Source of the DNA: Negaprion brevirostris
Lineage: Eukaryota
Length of the DNA stretch: 64,000 nucleotides
Assembly: GCA_030324005.1 (NCBI GenBank)
Contig: JARDVH010000124.1
Location: forward strand, 19,961,292-20,025,291
Direction: 5' to 3'
In this document: in pieces, positions 24,190 through 37,349 of the stretch
How the letters are laid out: the number at the start of each line of letters is the position of its first letter
Numbering within the stretch: position 1 is the stretch's first letter
Notes under the pieces: generated by a model
Seen by the model: only the letters and a program-made list of their open reading frames with translations
Database searches by the model: none
Told to the model about the DNA's origin: nothing
Position numbers and translations under genes: made by a program

Positions 24190-24790
24190 AACTCAGCTGG
24201 ACTCGCCACATAAACACAGTGGCCACAAGAGCAGGTCAGATGCTAGGAAGACTGCAGTGTCCATCATCTACAAGGCACAAGTCAGGAGTATGACAGATAC
24301 TCCCCACTTGCCTGGTTGGGTGCAACTCCAAAAACACTAGAAGCTTGACATCACCCAGGACAAAGCAGCTTGCTTGACTGGTACCACATCCACAAACATC
24401 CATTCCCACCAACACTCAGTAGCAATGTGTGCTATCTAAAAGATGCACTGCAGCAATTCAACAAAGATCCTTAGACACCACCTACTAGACTCATGGCCAC
24501 TTTCATCTAGAAGGATAAGGACAGCAGATACATGGGGACACCATCACCTGCAAATTCCTCACTAAGCTACTCACCATCCTGACTTGGAAAGACATTGACG
24601 TTCCTTCACAGTTGCTGGTCAAAATCCTGGAATTCCCTCCGTAATGGCACTATGGGTCAGCCAACAGCACATGGACTGCAGTGATTAAGGAGGCAGCTCA
24701 CCACCACCACCTTCTCAAGGGCAACTAGGGATGAGCAATAAATGCTGGCCAGCCAGCAATGCCCATGTCCCACAAATGAATAACTAAAAA
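24190..24790 (+). mobile_element. LINE 3' part (same family as 20750-21740)
   Basis: IYKAQVRS..PHLPGW; colinear with 21110-21740, ending GGGCAACTAGGGATGAGCAATAAATGCTGG. Confidence 0.85.
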
Positions 24791-24919
24791 TGAGACAGGA
24801 GTTAGCAGTGATTGACTGANNNNNNNNNNNNNNNNNNNNNNNNNNNNNNNNNNNNNNNNNNNNNNNNNNNNNNNNNNNNNNNNNNNNNNNNNNNNNNNNN
24901 NNNNNNNNNNNNNNNNNNN

Positions 24920-25446
24920 GTGTGCGCGGGCGGAGTGAGCGGGTAGTGTGCGCGGGCGGAGTGAGCGGGTAGTGTGCGCGGGCGGAGTGAGCGGGTGGAG
25001 TGAGCGGGTAGTGTGCGCGGGCGGAGTGAGCGGGCAGTGTGCGCGGGCGGAGTGAGCGGGTGGAGTGAGCGGGCAGTGTGCGCGGGCGGAGTGAGCGGGC
25101 AGTGTGCGCGGGCGGAGTGAGCGGGCAGTGTGCGCGGGCGGAGTGAGCGGGCAGTGTGCGTGGGTGGAGTGAGTGGGTGGAGTGAGCGGGCAGTGTGCGT
25201 GGGTGGAGTGAGCGGGCGGTGTGAGCGGGCAGTGTGCGTGGGTGGAGTGAGTGGGTGGAGTGAGCGGGCAGTGTGCGTGTGCGGAGTGAGCGGGTGGAGT
25301 GAGCGGGCAGTGTGCGTGGGCGGAGTGAGCGGGTGGAGTGAGCGGGCGGAGTGAGCGGGCAGTGTGCGTGGGCGGAGTGAGTGGGTGGAGTGAGCGGGCG
25401 GAGTGAGCGGGCAGTGTGCGTGGGTGGAGTGAGTTGGCGGAGTGAG
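24920..25446. repeat. GC/CpG-rich minisatellite made of two interspersed 13-bp units
   Basis: Units G(C/T)GGAGTGAG(C/T)GG and G(C/T)AGTGTGCG(C/T)GG; runs into a 100-N gap on the left. Confidence 0.95.
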
Positions 25447-25504
25447 ACAGGAGTTAGCAGTGATTGACTGAGTAACATTTAAAGGAATTATGGTGAACAG
25501 ATTG

Positions 25505-25984
25505 AGTGACTGAGCAGATGCAGCGTAATATGGGTAAATGTGAGCTTAGCTGCTTTGGCAGCAAAAAGACAGATAATTTACTGAATGGCTATAAATTGAG
25601 AGAGGGGAATGTGCAACAACACCAGTGTGTCCTCGTACACCAGTCACTGAAGGTAAGCATGCAGGTGCAGCAGGCGGTAAAGACGATAAATGGTATGTTG
25701 GCTTTCATAATGAGATGATTCTAGTATAAGAGCAGGGATGTCTTACTGCAATCACATAGGGCCTTGGCGAGTCCACAATTGGACTACTGTGCACAGTTTT
25801 GATCTCCTCATCTTGCGATAGAGGGAGTAAAGAGAAGGTTTATCAGGCTGATTCCCAAGATGGAGGGACTGACCACATGGAGGAGAGATTGAGTCAGTTA
25901 GGATTATATTCACTGGAGTTTGGAAGAATGAGGAATTATAACAGGACTAGACAAAGTTGATGCAGGAAGGATGTTCCTGATGGT
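25505..25984 (+). mobile_element. CR1 ORF2 C-terminal remnant
   Basis: QSLKVSMQVQQAVKTINGMLAFI; colinear with 62230-62650. Confidence 0.85.
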
Positions 25985-28244
25985 NNNNNNNNNNNNNNNN
26001 NNNNNNNNNNNNNNNNNNNNNNNNNNNNNNNNNNNNNNNNNNNNNNNNNNNNNNNNNNNNNNNNNNNNNNNNNNNNNNNNNNNNNNNNNNNNNNNNNNNN
26101 NNNNNNNNNNNNNNNNNNNNNNNNNNNNNNNNNNNNNNNNNNNNNNNNNNNNNNNNNNNNNNNNNNNNNNNNNNNNNNNNNNNNNNNNNNNNNNNNNNNN
26201 NNNNNNNNNNNNNNNNNNNNNNNNNNNNNNNNNNNNNNNNNNNNNNNNNNNNNNNNNNNNNNNNNNNNNNNNNNNNNNNNNNNNNNNNNNNNNNNNNNNN
26301 NNNNNNNNNACAAAGAATACATGGACACACAAAAAAGACTTTTAAACTTGTGTATTGAAGACCACCTCTCTTGGGAAACACTGCAGTCTACAAGACCGTG
26401 AAGAGGGAAGAGCTAAAATTTGGTTCACCGCGCTTCAAAGGCCTCTACGTGAAACTTGCAATTTCTAACAATCCGAGAGGAAGGCCAGATGTAACACAGT
26501 GGCAAAAGTTCCCCAAACACTAAAAATAATGATATGAAGTGCCAGTTCTACGGAGGTCCATGCCAATCTTGCATCTGACTCTTTAGTCATGAGAGCACTC
26601 ACAGCAGACAATAAACTCATTTACAGCATGGCCCTACTTTAATATTCAGTAGCCCTCCATGACTTGAATCAGCTTCCACGTCAGGACTTGCATGGACATA
26701 CCTATGAATATATGAAATAGGAGCACACAAATCTATGGGAATAGTTACAGTGCACAACTAAGGGAGTACACCCTNNNNNNNNNNATTTTGGTGGCTCAGG
26801 TGGATATTAATGATTTAATAACACCATCTGATCTGCAGGTTTCCTGGGTGGCTTTTCTTTAAGCAATACCACCAAAAGCAGATTAATTGATCAGTTAGCT
26901 CTTTGCTACACATGCAAAAACAAAAGCTTTTGCTTCTAGTTTAATTAAATACATTGTATATAAAGTATATAATAAAGCAACGACCTCTATTGTTAAAATG
27001 GCGCTGATGGGAAGAGACTTAGCTTGGTCTCTTCGGCAGGCTCTATCTGCCAAAGAGACAGCAGTTATTTAAGTTATTATAGTGCAGCAGCAATGATGTT
27101 TTGTGCATGTTAAGCCAGTCCTGCTCAAGTCTGCTTTTAATAAAAGTGTGATAGTAGACTGATTTGCCACTTCTAATATTTATGGCAGTCAGGCATCTGG
27201 TGATTGCAACTTTCAAAATTTTAAACCACTTGTCTGTTCAGTAGGAGTATAAATTTGGGGAATCTCTCAATAAAACCTTTTAATAAGCAATTAAACAAAA
27301 GTCATAACATCCAAGAATCCGATCAATGAAAATATATTTCTTGAAATTGAAGTTTAATAAATGATTTGTGAGGGGATCAAATCTGAAATCAAGAGGAAAA
27401 AGGGGAAAAAATACATTTCCTTTCCTTTTAGTGTTTTCAGGTGTGTATAAATAAGCTTGATTGTATACAATGCTATTTTTGTCAAAATATTTATATGCCT
27501 GAACTGTTCATTAACATTTCTAAATACTGAATAATTTTCATTAAACTTCAAAATATAAATATTTTACTGTGCATTTTTCATTTCCTAGTTCTACATACTA
27601 ATTTATCTAAAGTACAACTTTGAGCAGTACTGTTCCAAAAAGACAAGTTATTAAAAAAAGGTGACATATGATAAGAGATTTTTACGCTGATTTTATTGCG
27701 CTTGATGCATTCGAAAAGATTTCAGATTCAGCTTGCTGTTGAAAGCAGTCTGAATAGGCTTTGTATGCTTTCCAACAGGACAAACAAAACAGCCTCCCCT
27801 CTTTCTGGCCATGTGTCTTTTGTAAAATATTACTATCTTATAATAATTTAATAGCATAAATTCACCATTCCCCACTACTGATGCTTTATAACAGAACTGC
27901 AATTACAAACTACTTTGTGAAACTATTGTGCCATGTAGATCCTTGCATTCTATTTAACATCCAACTGTGAACATGACAGATAAGTTAAATGTTGCCTTCA
28001 TATCAAACCACAGGAGTCTACAAGCACCATAACTGTACTCTGGTGGTACTTGGCACCCATTTACTGCTTAATTCTTAGTTGAAGAAAGTTAAACATAATT
28101 GAAAAAGATGAAACAAATGGCATGAAGGAGAGCAGAAAATGAGATTTGTATTTGCAGTATTGTCTATAACATTATTTTAGTACATCCAAATTTGATACAA
28201 ATATACTAGCAAAGTGCCTACTAATTTGCATTTAATGTTTTCTT

Positions 28245-28525
28245 TACAGTAGCACAATGGTTAGCGCTCTTGCCTCACAAAGGAAGGGACCAGGGTTCAA
28301 TGCTGGCCTTGGGTAATTCACCGTGTTTGCATGAGTTTCCTCCAAATGCTCCAGTCTCTTCCCACAGTCCAGATGTGCAGGTTAGGTGGATTGGTCATGC
28401 TAAATTGCTCCTTACTATGAGGGGATTAGCCGGGTAAATATTTGGGATTACGCGGATAAGGCCTGGGTGGGATTGTTGTTGGTGCAGACTCGATGTGCCA
28501 AATGGCACTGTAAGGATTCTATGAA
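28245..28525 (+). mobile_element. V-SINE (HE1-like)
   Basis: CAGTAGCACAATGGTTAGC head, GGGTTCAAT, GATTGGTCATGCTAAATTGC, GGATTCTATG tail. Confidence 0.85.
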
Positions 28526-29439
28526 ATAAAAGTGTCTGAAAATGAAAAGCAAGTTGAAAAGCCTCCAGATGCAAATGGTTAATGTTTTGAATGAGGCTGG
28601 GAATCTTTTGTTGTAACCAATCTGGTGTTTTCTCAGTATTTTCAGATTTTATTTCTTGAACATTCATGATGGTGGAAAATACGTTGTCGAAGTTTGGTCT
28701 CTACATTCTGCCAAGAAACATTATCAAGCTTTTTCAATTCGATAGATCAGAATCCGATGCAGATGACCAATGAATATGAAAAGATAGGCGGGATGAAAGG
28801 GAAACAGACAAAGATTCAGTTACAGCATAAAAGTACGGGACACTCCAAATTATAATATGGCTATTTCATTATACTCTCCAAGCTATGCTGTTTAGCTTCA
28901 TTGCTCATTAATAGCAATTATAAATCTGCTGAATAAATATTGTCAGGATCGTAATTTGGTTGAGCAATGTATCAAAGTCATTGGAAAGAATACAAAGTCA
29001 GTCATGCACATATTGCCTTCCAAATTAATCATACAGACTACTTTAAATGTTCTTTTGAGAGATCAAAAGCCTTTCCTCTATTGGTATTAGTGCCTTAAAA
29101 TGAATCTGCTGCAATGCAAGCTCAGAATAGGGCACTGAAACAGGGCAATGAAACAGTAAATGTGGTATTCAGTGGACAATTGATTGAATATGGAAACAAT
29201 TATCCAAATGGAATAAAAGTTTGTTATTGTAAACTTAATGCTAGCACATTTCTGGCTAGTTATCAGTCAGGATAAAAAGCTTTTCAGCCAGATATCTTTA
29301 CTGACTACAAGATTCAAATAATAACTTGCAGATCTTTCTCCTGATCCTGGACAATTTATCCTTTTTCCATGTATATGGAAGTGTCTTGTGCCATGACTAG
29401 CCTTTTGAAGCACTTCATAATGATAGATGTCAGAGCCAC

Positions 29440-29915
29440 CACTGATAAAGGTATGCTGGTTGGTTTTTCTTAGGTACCGGGAAAATGGTTGTCTTCTTGA
29501 AGCATATAGAGACCTCAGACTGTTGTACAGAAAGTGAAGATGTCTGTGAATACCCCACCAGCTGATCCACTCAGGGTCCGACTGCTCATTGGGGTGCCCC
29601 ATCCGGGCCTGTCACTTTCCATGGGCTGACCTTCGAGAAGGCTGCTCTGACATCTGCAATGGTGACCCCAGATAGAAGTTCATCCAGGGCTTCCAGGATG
29701 GAGGGCATGCATTCACTGACTTCTTGCTCAAAACAGGCACAGAACGTATCAAGCTCATCAGGGAGGGGTGCGTTGGGACTGGCGATTTTACATGCCTTCA
29801 TCTTGTAACCTGTTATGTCTTGCAGACCTTGCCATACTCGGTGGGAGTAGGTGTGGTTAGCCTGGGATTCTAGCCTGATCCGGTACAGTCTTTGGCTTTG
29901 ACTTACTTTACTTCT
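29440..29915 (-). mobile_element. Rex1/Babar ORF remnant (region upstream of the RT)
   Basis: VWQGLQDITGYK...LPDELDTFCACFEQ...DVRAAFSKVSPWKVTGPDG. Confidence 0.85.
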
Positions 29916-30499
29916 TACTAAGTTACTTTTTNNNNNNNNNNNNNNNNNNNNNNNNNNNNNNNNNNNNNNNNNNNNNNNNNNNNNNNNNNNNNNNNNNNNN
30001 NNNNNNNNNNNNNNNNNNNNNNNNNNNNNNNNNNNNNNNNNNNNNNNNNNNNNNNNNNNNNNNNNNNNNNNNNNNNNNNNNNNNNNNNNNNNNNNNNNNN
30101 NNNNNNNNNNNNNNNNNNNNNNNNNNNNNNNNNNNNNNNNNNNNNNNNNNNNNNNNNNNNNNNNNNNNNNNNNNNNNNNNNNNNNNNNNNNNNNNNNNNN
30201 NNNNNNNNNNNNNNNNNNNNNNNNNNNNNNNNNNNNNNNNNNNNNNNNNNNNNNNNNNNNNNNNNNNNNNNNNNNNNNNNNNNNNNNNNNNNNNNNNNNN
30301 NNNNNNNNNNNNNNNNNNNNNNNNNNNNNNNNNNNNNNNNNNNNNNNNNNNNNNNNNNNNNNNNNNNNNNNNNNNNNNNNNNNNNNNNNNNNNNNNNNNN
30401 NNNNNNNNNNNNNNNNNNNNNNNNNNNNNNNNNNNNNNNNNNNNNNNNNNNNNNNNNNNNNNNNNNNNNNNNNNNNNNNNNNNNNNNNNNNNNNNNNNN

Positions 30500-30575
30500 C
30501 TCCACACAGACAGTGACCCAAGCCAGGAATCGAACCCAGGACCCTGGAGCTGTGAAGCAGCAGTGCTAACCACTG
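30500..30575 (-). mobile_element. V-SINE head (remainder in the gap)
   Basis: Reverse complement: CAGTGGTTAGCACTGCTGCTTCACAGCTCCAGGGTCCTGGGTTCGATTCCTGGCTTGGG. Confidence 0.85.
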
Positions 30576-32412
30576 TTTCAGAGGTATCTTAGAAAATCTT
30601 CCCTTTTCAAAGTCCATCTCTATTACAACATGAATCACAAGGGCTTTGTATCCATGCAGAAGTGCTGACCAGCTATCCTTCAAATTCAAACTCTCTATAT
30701 TTTGGTAGTAAATAGTTTAAAGCATAACTGTTCACAACCCAAAATTCACACCTTCCAGAGACATTGGTGACTTCTAGCTGAAACACTAAGCACAGATGCT
30801 CGCCATTGTCTCCAAGCGTAAGTGTCTTGCATCTTCTTCCTAGCAAAACAACCTGGGCTCCTCCTTAATCTTGAAACTAGAGCCTGTTATTAGCCAGAGT
30901 TCAGAATAGTCACATGACAACTTTATCCTAAATTAAAGGCATAGTCCGCAAACAACGTAACCTTATAAACCTCATCTGCAACTATTTTGATTTGGACATT
31001 GTTAAGAAAATCTTAAACTCATGAGTAGCTACAATTTGAGAGTACAGTTTACAATACATGGTTTAGCTTTACTCATTGTGCCTTGAGAAAATACAACAGA
31101 TTTGTAGTATTCCTGATCATCTAGTAATTCAGACATTCTTCTAGTCCTTGCTGTAAAGGAAGAGAAATGAATGTGCCTGGACACAAATTAAATTGACTTT
31201 TTTGTTTTTAAAAATTGCTTATATATGCAAGTTAATGTGGTCATTTCTTTCTGTTGACTGTGCAAAATTTACCCTTTAAGATGAGCTTTAAATGTGCAAG
31301 CTTTGGCAAAAAACATTACAAATATCTAACAAGGTCTAATTAAGCATATTTGTAAGCTTGCTTCTAATTAGCAGTTAATGGTATTCAGATAGAAATGCAG
31401 AATGCAGGATATTATAAGTCAGTCAATCATCTCGACATGTTCAAAGTAATTGTTTTTTTTAGAAGGACACATTTTGAATTTACTATGTTTCAAAAATAAC
31501 TTACAAATGTATGCAATGTTCTATATATCCAAGCTATTTGTTTGTAATGAAGTAATTGGTACATAATAGTTAGATATCTTCTTCAAGTAATTGTTAAGCA
31601 TAATTATGCAGAGTTTTATTTGGTCATCTTCATGTTGTCAATCAGAACTAAATATTAACATTTCATTAAGAGTCTGTATTAGATGTGGCAAATTTAAATA
31701 ATGATCACTTTCCCTGAGAAATTTGCATGTATTTAAATGTAACCAGCTGTCCATTTGGAATAGCCTTGAAAAGTTTATTTTAAACTGCAAAAAATCTTTA
31801 GCTATACCTTCATAATGTTAAAGATTAGTGTTAAAAATAGGATACTGGACTGAAATACACACATCCTACAAATAGGTCAAATTCTAATATTAGCACCAAT
31901 CCAGGAAAACAAACTCACTCCTAACTCAAATTGCTTTTTATTTTATTTTCTTTGATAATGTGCTCCACATGGAGTTAATATAGTAATTAATGTTAAATGT
32001 GCAGAAAGCCTATTGCCATCAATATTCTGTTGTATTGATTAGACTCTCACTGAGCAAAATAAATCAATAACATTATACACACATGGAGTGACAAAAGAGG
32101 TATTGGAAAGGGGCACAAGGTCAGAAAAGAATTAAGGTATGATACTGTCCAGCTCTGTGGCTTCGTTTCTAACTTTGGCTTTGACAGGTCTTTTTCAAAT
32201 TTATAATTGGATCTGTGTCTAAATATGAATATTAACAACAACATTTTTACAGAAAGGTACTCATGGCCTAATGTGATTTCATAACAAGGAGAACAATGTA
32301 AAAATACCATTTCACCCTCCTCCTTATTAGATCTCTGTTGCATCTACTTTACAATGCTACCTGCTGCACAAAGCTNNNNNNNNNNTCTAACACGTCCTTG
32401 TGAAGTTGAGGT

Positions 32413-33168
32413 TGTGAAGTGTGGCCCCTTTAAAAGCTGGTTGTGTGTCAACGCTTGGAGATTTAAAATGCAGGTGCATACATGGTACGCCGACTACAAC
32501 ATTTGTAGCAAGGACCAAGTATCACTGCTGCATTGGTAACATATTTTTGAATTCAGACTGTCAGTTTAAAGAAGGCACTCAGCTAACCAGAACCTATCAA
32601 ATTTGAATTTGATGTTATTGACAACATGAGACCAATCCTGTTGTAGGAAAATTGATAGGTCATCACAGATGTAAAAAGGAGGCCTGCCTGCAGTTCAACT
32701 GAAGAACTTCCACCTCTCGAAGGCTAGAAAGGGAAACAGCTACACTCTGCCAGCTGCAAATATCTCTTAAGAGAACTCTACCGCAGAGTACCAAATCAGA
32801 AAGAACTTAGACAGCTGAATCAACAGAAGAACTCCAAAAGTTTTCCAAAGCCACATATCCTGGTTGTATATTTTTTGAGTGTCTAAATTCTGTTTTTTTT
32901 GTTAATGAATGGATCTTGTATTTACCTGAACAGCATTGCAGTAGAATCTTATTGTAATTGCTACGCCACTTGTTTAGTTAGAGTCCCCTGTTAGTTAAAT
33001 TAATTGTTAATTGTTCACTTAAAGTGAGTGCTAGATATTTCTGTTAACTAACCTCTCAACATTAATGAAGAACATTTTACACCTTCCCAAACACAGAGTG
33101 CGAAGCGAGGTATTCCTTTTTGAGGGATTCGTGTGACTTCTGAAAAGATCAACAACTGCATCGTAATA
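32413..33168 (+). mobile_element. Probable solo LTR (Gypsy-like)
   Basis: Begins TGTGAAG..CCCCTTTAA and ends TCGTAATA (decayed ..TAACA); no TSD seen. Confidence 0.5.
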
Positions 33169-34096
33169 TATCTCAGCTGAAGATTTCCCTCTACTGAGCA
33201 ATTAGTCCATCCCATTTTTTATACTTCTGACCAGAACTGCAATAAGATCCCAACCACCCACCCCACCAGCCTAAGCAATTAACAAACTATCTTCCAAAAT
33301 TAGCACTATGTCAAACAACCTTCTACCTGACAACTAATCTCCCCTCACCTATCAGCAATTTGAAAACAACATTCCTTCTGGGACATGCAGACTCATTCTG
33401 CCAGAACCCCTAATACCTGCTCATTGTTCTACACAAGGGCAGTAAATGTAGCATCTGCCCATTTATCTCCTGCCTCATCACCAGCCATAGGCTCTTCCTG
33501 AATGAGACAGTGATTTAGTTGTGTCTTCTTGCATGTTGGGTCTAACATTCGCTGCTCTTTTTTTTCATCCAAGCAGGGCTTGAATTAGGAATAAGTATTT
33601 TCAGCTTTATAGAAGTGAGGATATCAGAGAGAAACTTTGTTCACAAACTTACCGAAAATGCAAGTTGTGTTATATACCTACTGACAAGATGTTATGTGAT
33701 ATCACCATTTCCATTTCAAATCAGCTGATGAAATTCAGGTATGCACCCAGCAGAACCCAGTTTATGAACATACATAAGAACGTATGAAATAACCCTGAGC
33801 CTGCTCCACCATTCAATAAGTTCATGGCTGATCTGCTTGTGTTCACGAGTCCTATATTTCCATCTACCCCCAATTATCTTTGCTCTCCATGCCAAACAAG
33901 AAGTTACCTACCTTTGCCTTAAAAATATTCAGCGAACCTGCTTCAGTTGTCTTTGTAAGTCGAGAGTTCCAAAGTGGCACAACTCTCCAAAAAGATTCTC
34001 ATGATTTTTTTTCTAACAAGGTGATCCCTAATTCTAATATAGCGCTCCCTGGTCCTGGACTCACCCACAAGTGAAAACATCCTTTTCATGTCCTCT

Positions 34097-34818
34097 TGTT
34101 ATTAGGGTCCTAGTCCAGAATCCCAAGTTACAATAGGAAGTTAAACTGGACCCCAACACTTTTTCTGTTTTGGCATAAATGTGAAGATAGGATGTTTCAC
34201 TCTAGAAATAATTTCACTGACAAATAGGAATCTTTTATAGTAAACAAACTGTAATTAATCTTACAGTTTATAATATAACAAATGAAGCAGCTTAACTATT
34301 AACAGATGAAAATTATTTAAAAATAAAAGGATACAACCTTAATTTCTAACTTACTGTTTAAGTTCCAAATAAGCAACCTTCCTCTAATAGCCTTAAAAAC
34401 CACTTCAAATATAAATAGCAATCATAAATAAACTCGCTGCAATGACTGTATATAGTCTTAAAGCTTGCAGAAGGGAAATGAGTTTTAGAGCAGCTTGTAG
34501 AACTGTCTTCAAACAACTCTTGATCAGAGCTGAGAAGCTGTTTGTCTACTACAGTCTTAGCTCCTCCAATTAAGCACATCATCACATGATCCTGTCTACC
34601 TAAAGCATTCCTTTAATCAAAAACCCCAGAGGATCTTTCTCTGAAAACAAAAATCCATCACCTCAATTATGTCAACACCACATTGTTAATGAGTAATTAT
34701 CCTGCTTTCCCAGCATCTGTGCTATATTTCTTCCAGACATACCGAGTACCTGTAGCATAAAGCTGAGTTTTTAAACATTCTCCTTAAACACAAATATCTC
34801 CATATCAATTGCATTATA
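34097..34818 (-). mobile_element. Solo LTR inserted into the CR1 3' region
   Basis: Starts TGTTATTAG and ends CATTATA; CR1 sequence stops at ~34096 and resumes at ~34820. Confidence 0.6.
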
Positions 34819-35131
34819 TTTGTCAGGGTCAAGACTATTCAGGACATTACATACTTCAATGAAGTCACCCCCTTAATCTTCTAAACTCCAGTGGGAACAA
34901 GCCCAGCCTGTTGAAGCTATCCTTGTAAGACAACATGCTCATTACAAATATTATTCTTGCAAACCTCCTCTGAACTTCCTCCAACGCATTTACACCTTTC
35001 ATTAAATAACTTACCAGCTCCTAAATTCTATGCCTCAACATCATCAACTAATAAAGTCAAGCACACTATATGCCTTCTTAACCATTTTATCCACCTGTTC
35101 TACTGTGTTAAGGGACTGGTGCACATGCACA

Positions 35132-35390
35132 TCATAGAACATAGAACATAGAACATAGAACATTACAGCGCAGAACAGGCCCTTCGGCCCACGATGTTGC
35201 GCCGANNNNNNNNNNNNNNNNNNNNNNNNNNNNNNNNNNNNNNNNNNNNNNNNNNNNNNNNNNNNNNNNNNNNNNNNNNNNNNNNNNNNNNNNNNNNNNN
35301 NNNNNCGACACAGTGATACAGTCCTTGACCAATAATGCTACCCCACCCCCCTTTCTACCTCCCTCTCTACTCCGACTAAAGCTACTCCGA
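35132..35390 (-). mobile_element. Younger CR1 insertion (tail and endonuclease ends flank a gap)
   Basis: Perfect (CATAGAA)4 tail and CpG-intact GGCCCTTCGGCCCACG; REGGRKGGGVALLVKD beyond the gap. Confidence 0.75.
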
Positions 35391-35942
35391 CCAAGTTCTC
35401 TCTGATCCTTGGTGCTTCCCAGGGTCACACCATTCATCATATATTCCCTTGCCTTGTTTGTCCTGCCCAAGTGCATCACCTCACACGTTTCCAGATTGAA
35501 TTCTATTTGCTACTGATCAGCCCATCTATGTTCTCCTTTAATTTAAGTCTGTTCACCTCACTATTTACCACCCCAACAATTTTCCTATCATTCATGAAAT
35601 CCCGATCAATCCTTCCACATTCAAGTCTGAATTATTTGTATGAACCACAAATAACAAGAACCCCAACACTGATTCCTGTGGGATTCCACTGGACATAGGC
35701 TTCCAATCAGAAAAACACCCCTCAGCCACCACCCTCTACTTCCTGCCACAGTTAATTCTCAATCTAATTTGCCAAATTTCCTTAGATCCCAGGGATAATT
35801 TTGCTATCAGTCTCCCATGTGAGGTATCTCATCAAAAACCTTGCTGAAGTCCCAAGCAGACTACGTCAAATGCAGTGCCCTCATCTACACACCTGGTTAA
35901 TTCTTTGAAAAATCCATTCAAGTTGGTGAGACATGACCATAT

Positions 35943-36523
35943 TGTTGTAGGTAAAAGATACCTCTGAGACCAGTTGTGAGTCAAAGTATAGCAAGTTTAT
36001 TCAAAAGCTTTTGGGAAGATACACCTGGTACCTAACAGCAGTTCCCCAGGCTTCTCTCCAAACACAACTTAAGAGCGCATATTTATACCCCCCCAGTCAC
36101 GTATGCATCTTCTCATTCTCAGCAGGTTCCCAGGCTGTGGCTTGTCCTTCATCGTGAGAACATGGCTGCCTCGGCATTTCTTCATGGTTATCTCAAGGCT
36201 GCAATTGTCAGTGGTGTGATTAGCCCTTAGCTAACATACAGGCCAGCAAAACAATTTTATGTTCATAATTTGTATAGCATATAATATGTTGGTACATGGT
36301 ACATGACACATAAGCAGTACATAACGAATACATATGAATATATTTATGGCAAGCTTCACTATGTTAGTCAGAAGTCCATAATATTAAAGACACAAACATA
36401 GATACGAGCTGTGTCAGCTACATTTCTGAACGGACTATCATAAACTTGTGTACAACAGCAAGGACAGCTGCAATCTCTTTGTATGGGCCACACGAAAACA
36501 AGTCGCAAACAAATCTTACAATA
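35943..36523 (-). mobile_element. Solo LTR-like insertion in CR1
   Basis: Ends TGTTGTAGG / CTTACAATA are imperfect inverted repeats; minus-strand AATAAA (~35996) and TATAAA (~36081) in LTR-like order. Confidence 0.6.
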
Positions 36524-37349
36524 CTTTTTTTTAACCAATCTCCAAGTATTACAAAGTTCATTAACCCATTCCCTGCTGCAATATTCTTTTCAAAAGTCAG
36601 TGTGGACTCAGTGGGCTGAATGATCACCTTCTGCATTGTAGGGATTTTTTGATTTCAGGCCTATCCCCATCCTTTTCTGTAACAATCTTAAATCTAACAC
36701 AGTTATGATTGCAGTCAGCAAAACGCTACCCCACTGATACTTGGACCACTTGTCCAGCTTTATTACCTAAAATTAAGTCCAGGACCGTTCCCTCTCTTGT
36801 AGGACTTTTGCATGCTTGTTTCATAAAGTTCACCTGGATGCATTTTAACAATTCCATTCCCTATAAATCTTTCCCACTTTAATTAAATCCCCCACTATCA
36901 CTGCCCTATTACTTTTACACTTCTCTGGAATTAGCCAAATATATATCTGCTGTACCATTTTTCTTGGACTGTTAGGGAGCTTATGGAACACTTGCAGCTT
37001 TGTGATTTCTTCAATTTTGGTTTTTAACTTCTGTCCATACAGCTTCATTTGAAGACGTTGTTCCTCCTTATTGCTGTAATTTATTTTCTGATCAAATTTG
37101 CGACACCTCCTCCAATTTTACCTCCTTCCGTATCTCACCCAAAGATCCTGTTTCCTGGAGCACTGAGCTGCCAATCCTGCCTCTCAACCATGTGACAGAT
37201 ATGACATCAAACCCCTGTGTTTTAATTAGCACCCTCACCTCATCTGCCTTGTTCATCAGACTCCTTGCATTAAAATTAATACCATTCAATCTTGCCAATC
37301 TTCCTTGTGCCTCTTTTGGCCCATAATTTCTGTCTTCCTGAATCACACT

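Noticed and set aside
24657-25478. 273-aa minus-strand ORF rich in P/A/H/T/R repeats
   Set aside because: It is a translation of the stop-free 13-bp minisatellite plus N gap and LINE tail; the period is not a multiple of three.
26387-26523. Exon-like open stretch YKTVKREELKFGSPRFKGLYVKLAISNNPRGRPD
   Set aside because: No polypyrimidine tract before the AG, a weak donor, and no homology that I recognise.
30500-30575. tRNA gene (A and B boxes present); likewise 21990-22055, 9624-9710 and 1-118
   Set aside because: These are SINE heads that continue into SINE bodies; no complete cloverleaf is visible.
29586-30689. 367-aa ORF and the other long X-filled ORFs (25910-26381, 37551-37934, 42681-43003, 48524-48877)
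   Set aside because: Their length comes from N gaps; the real parts are SINE, CR1 or Rex1 fragments.
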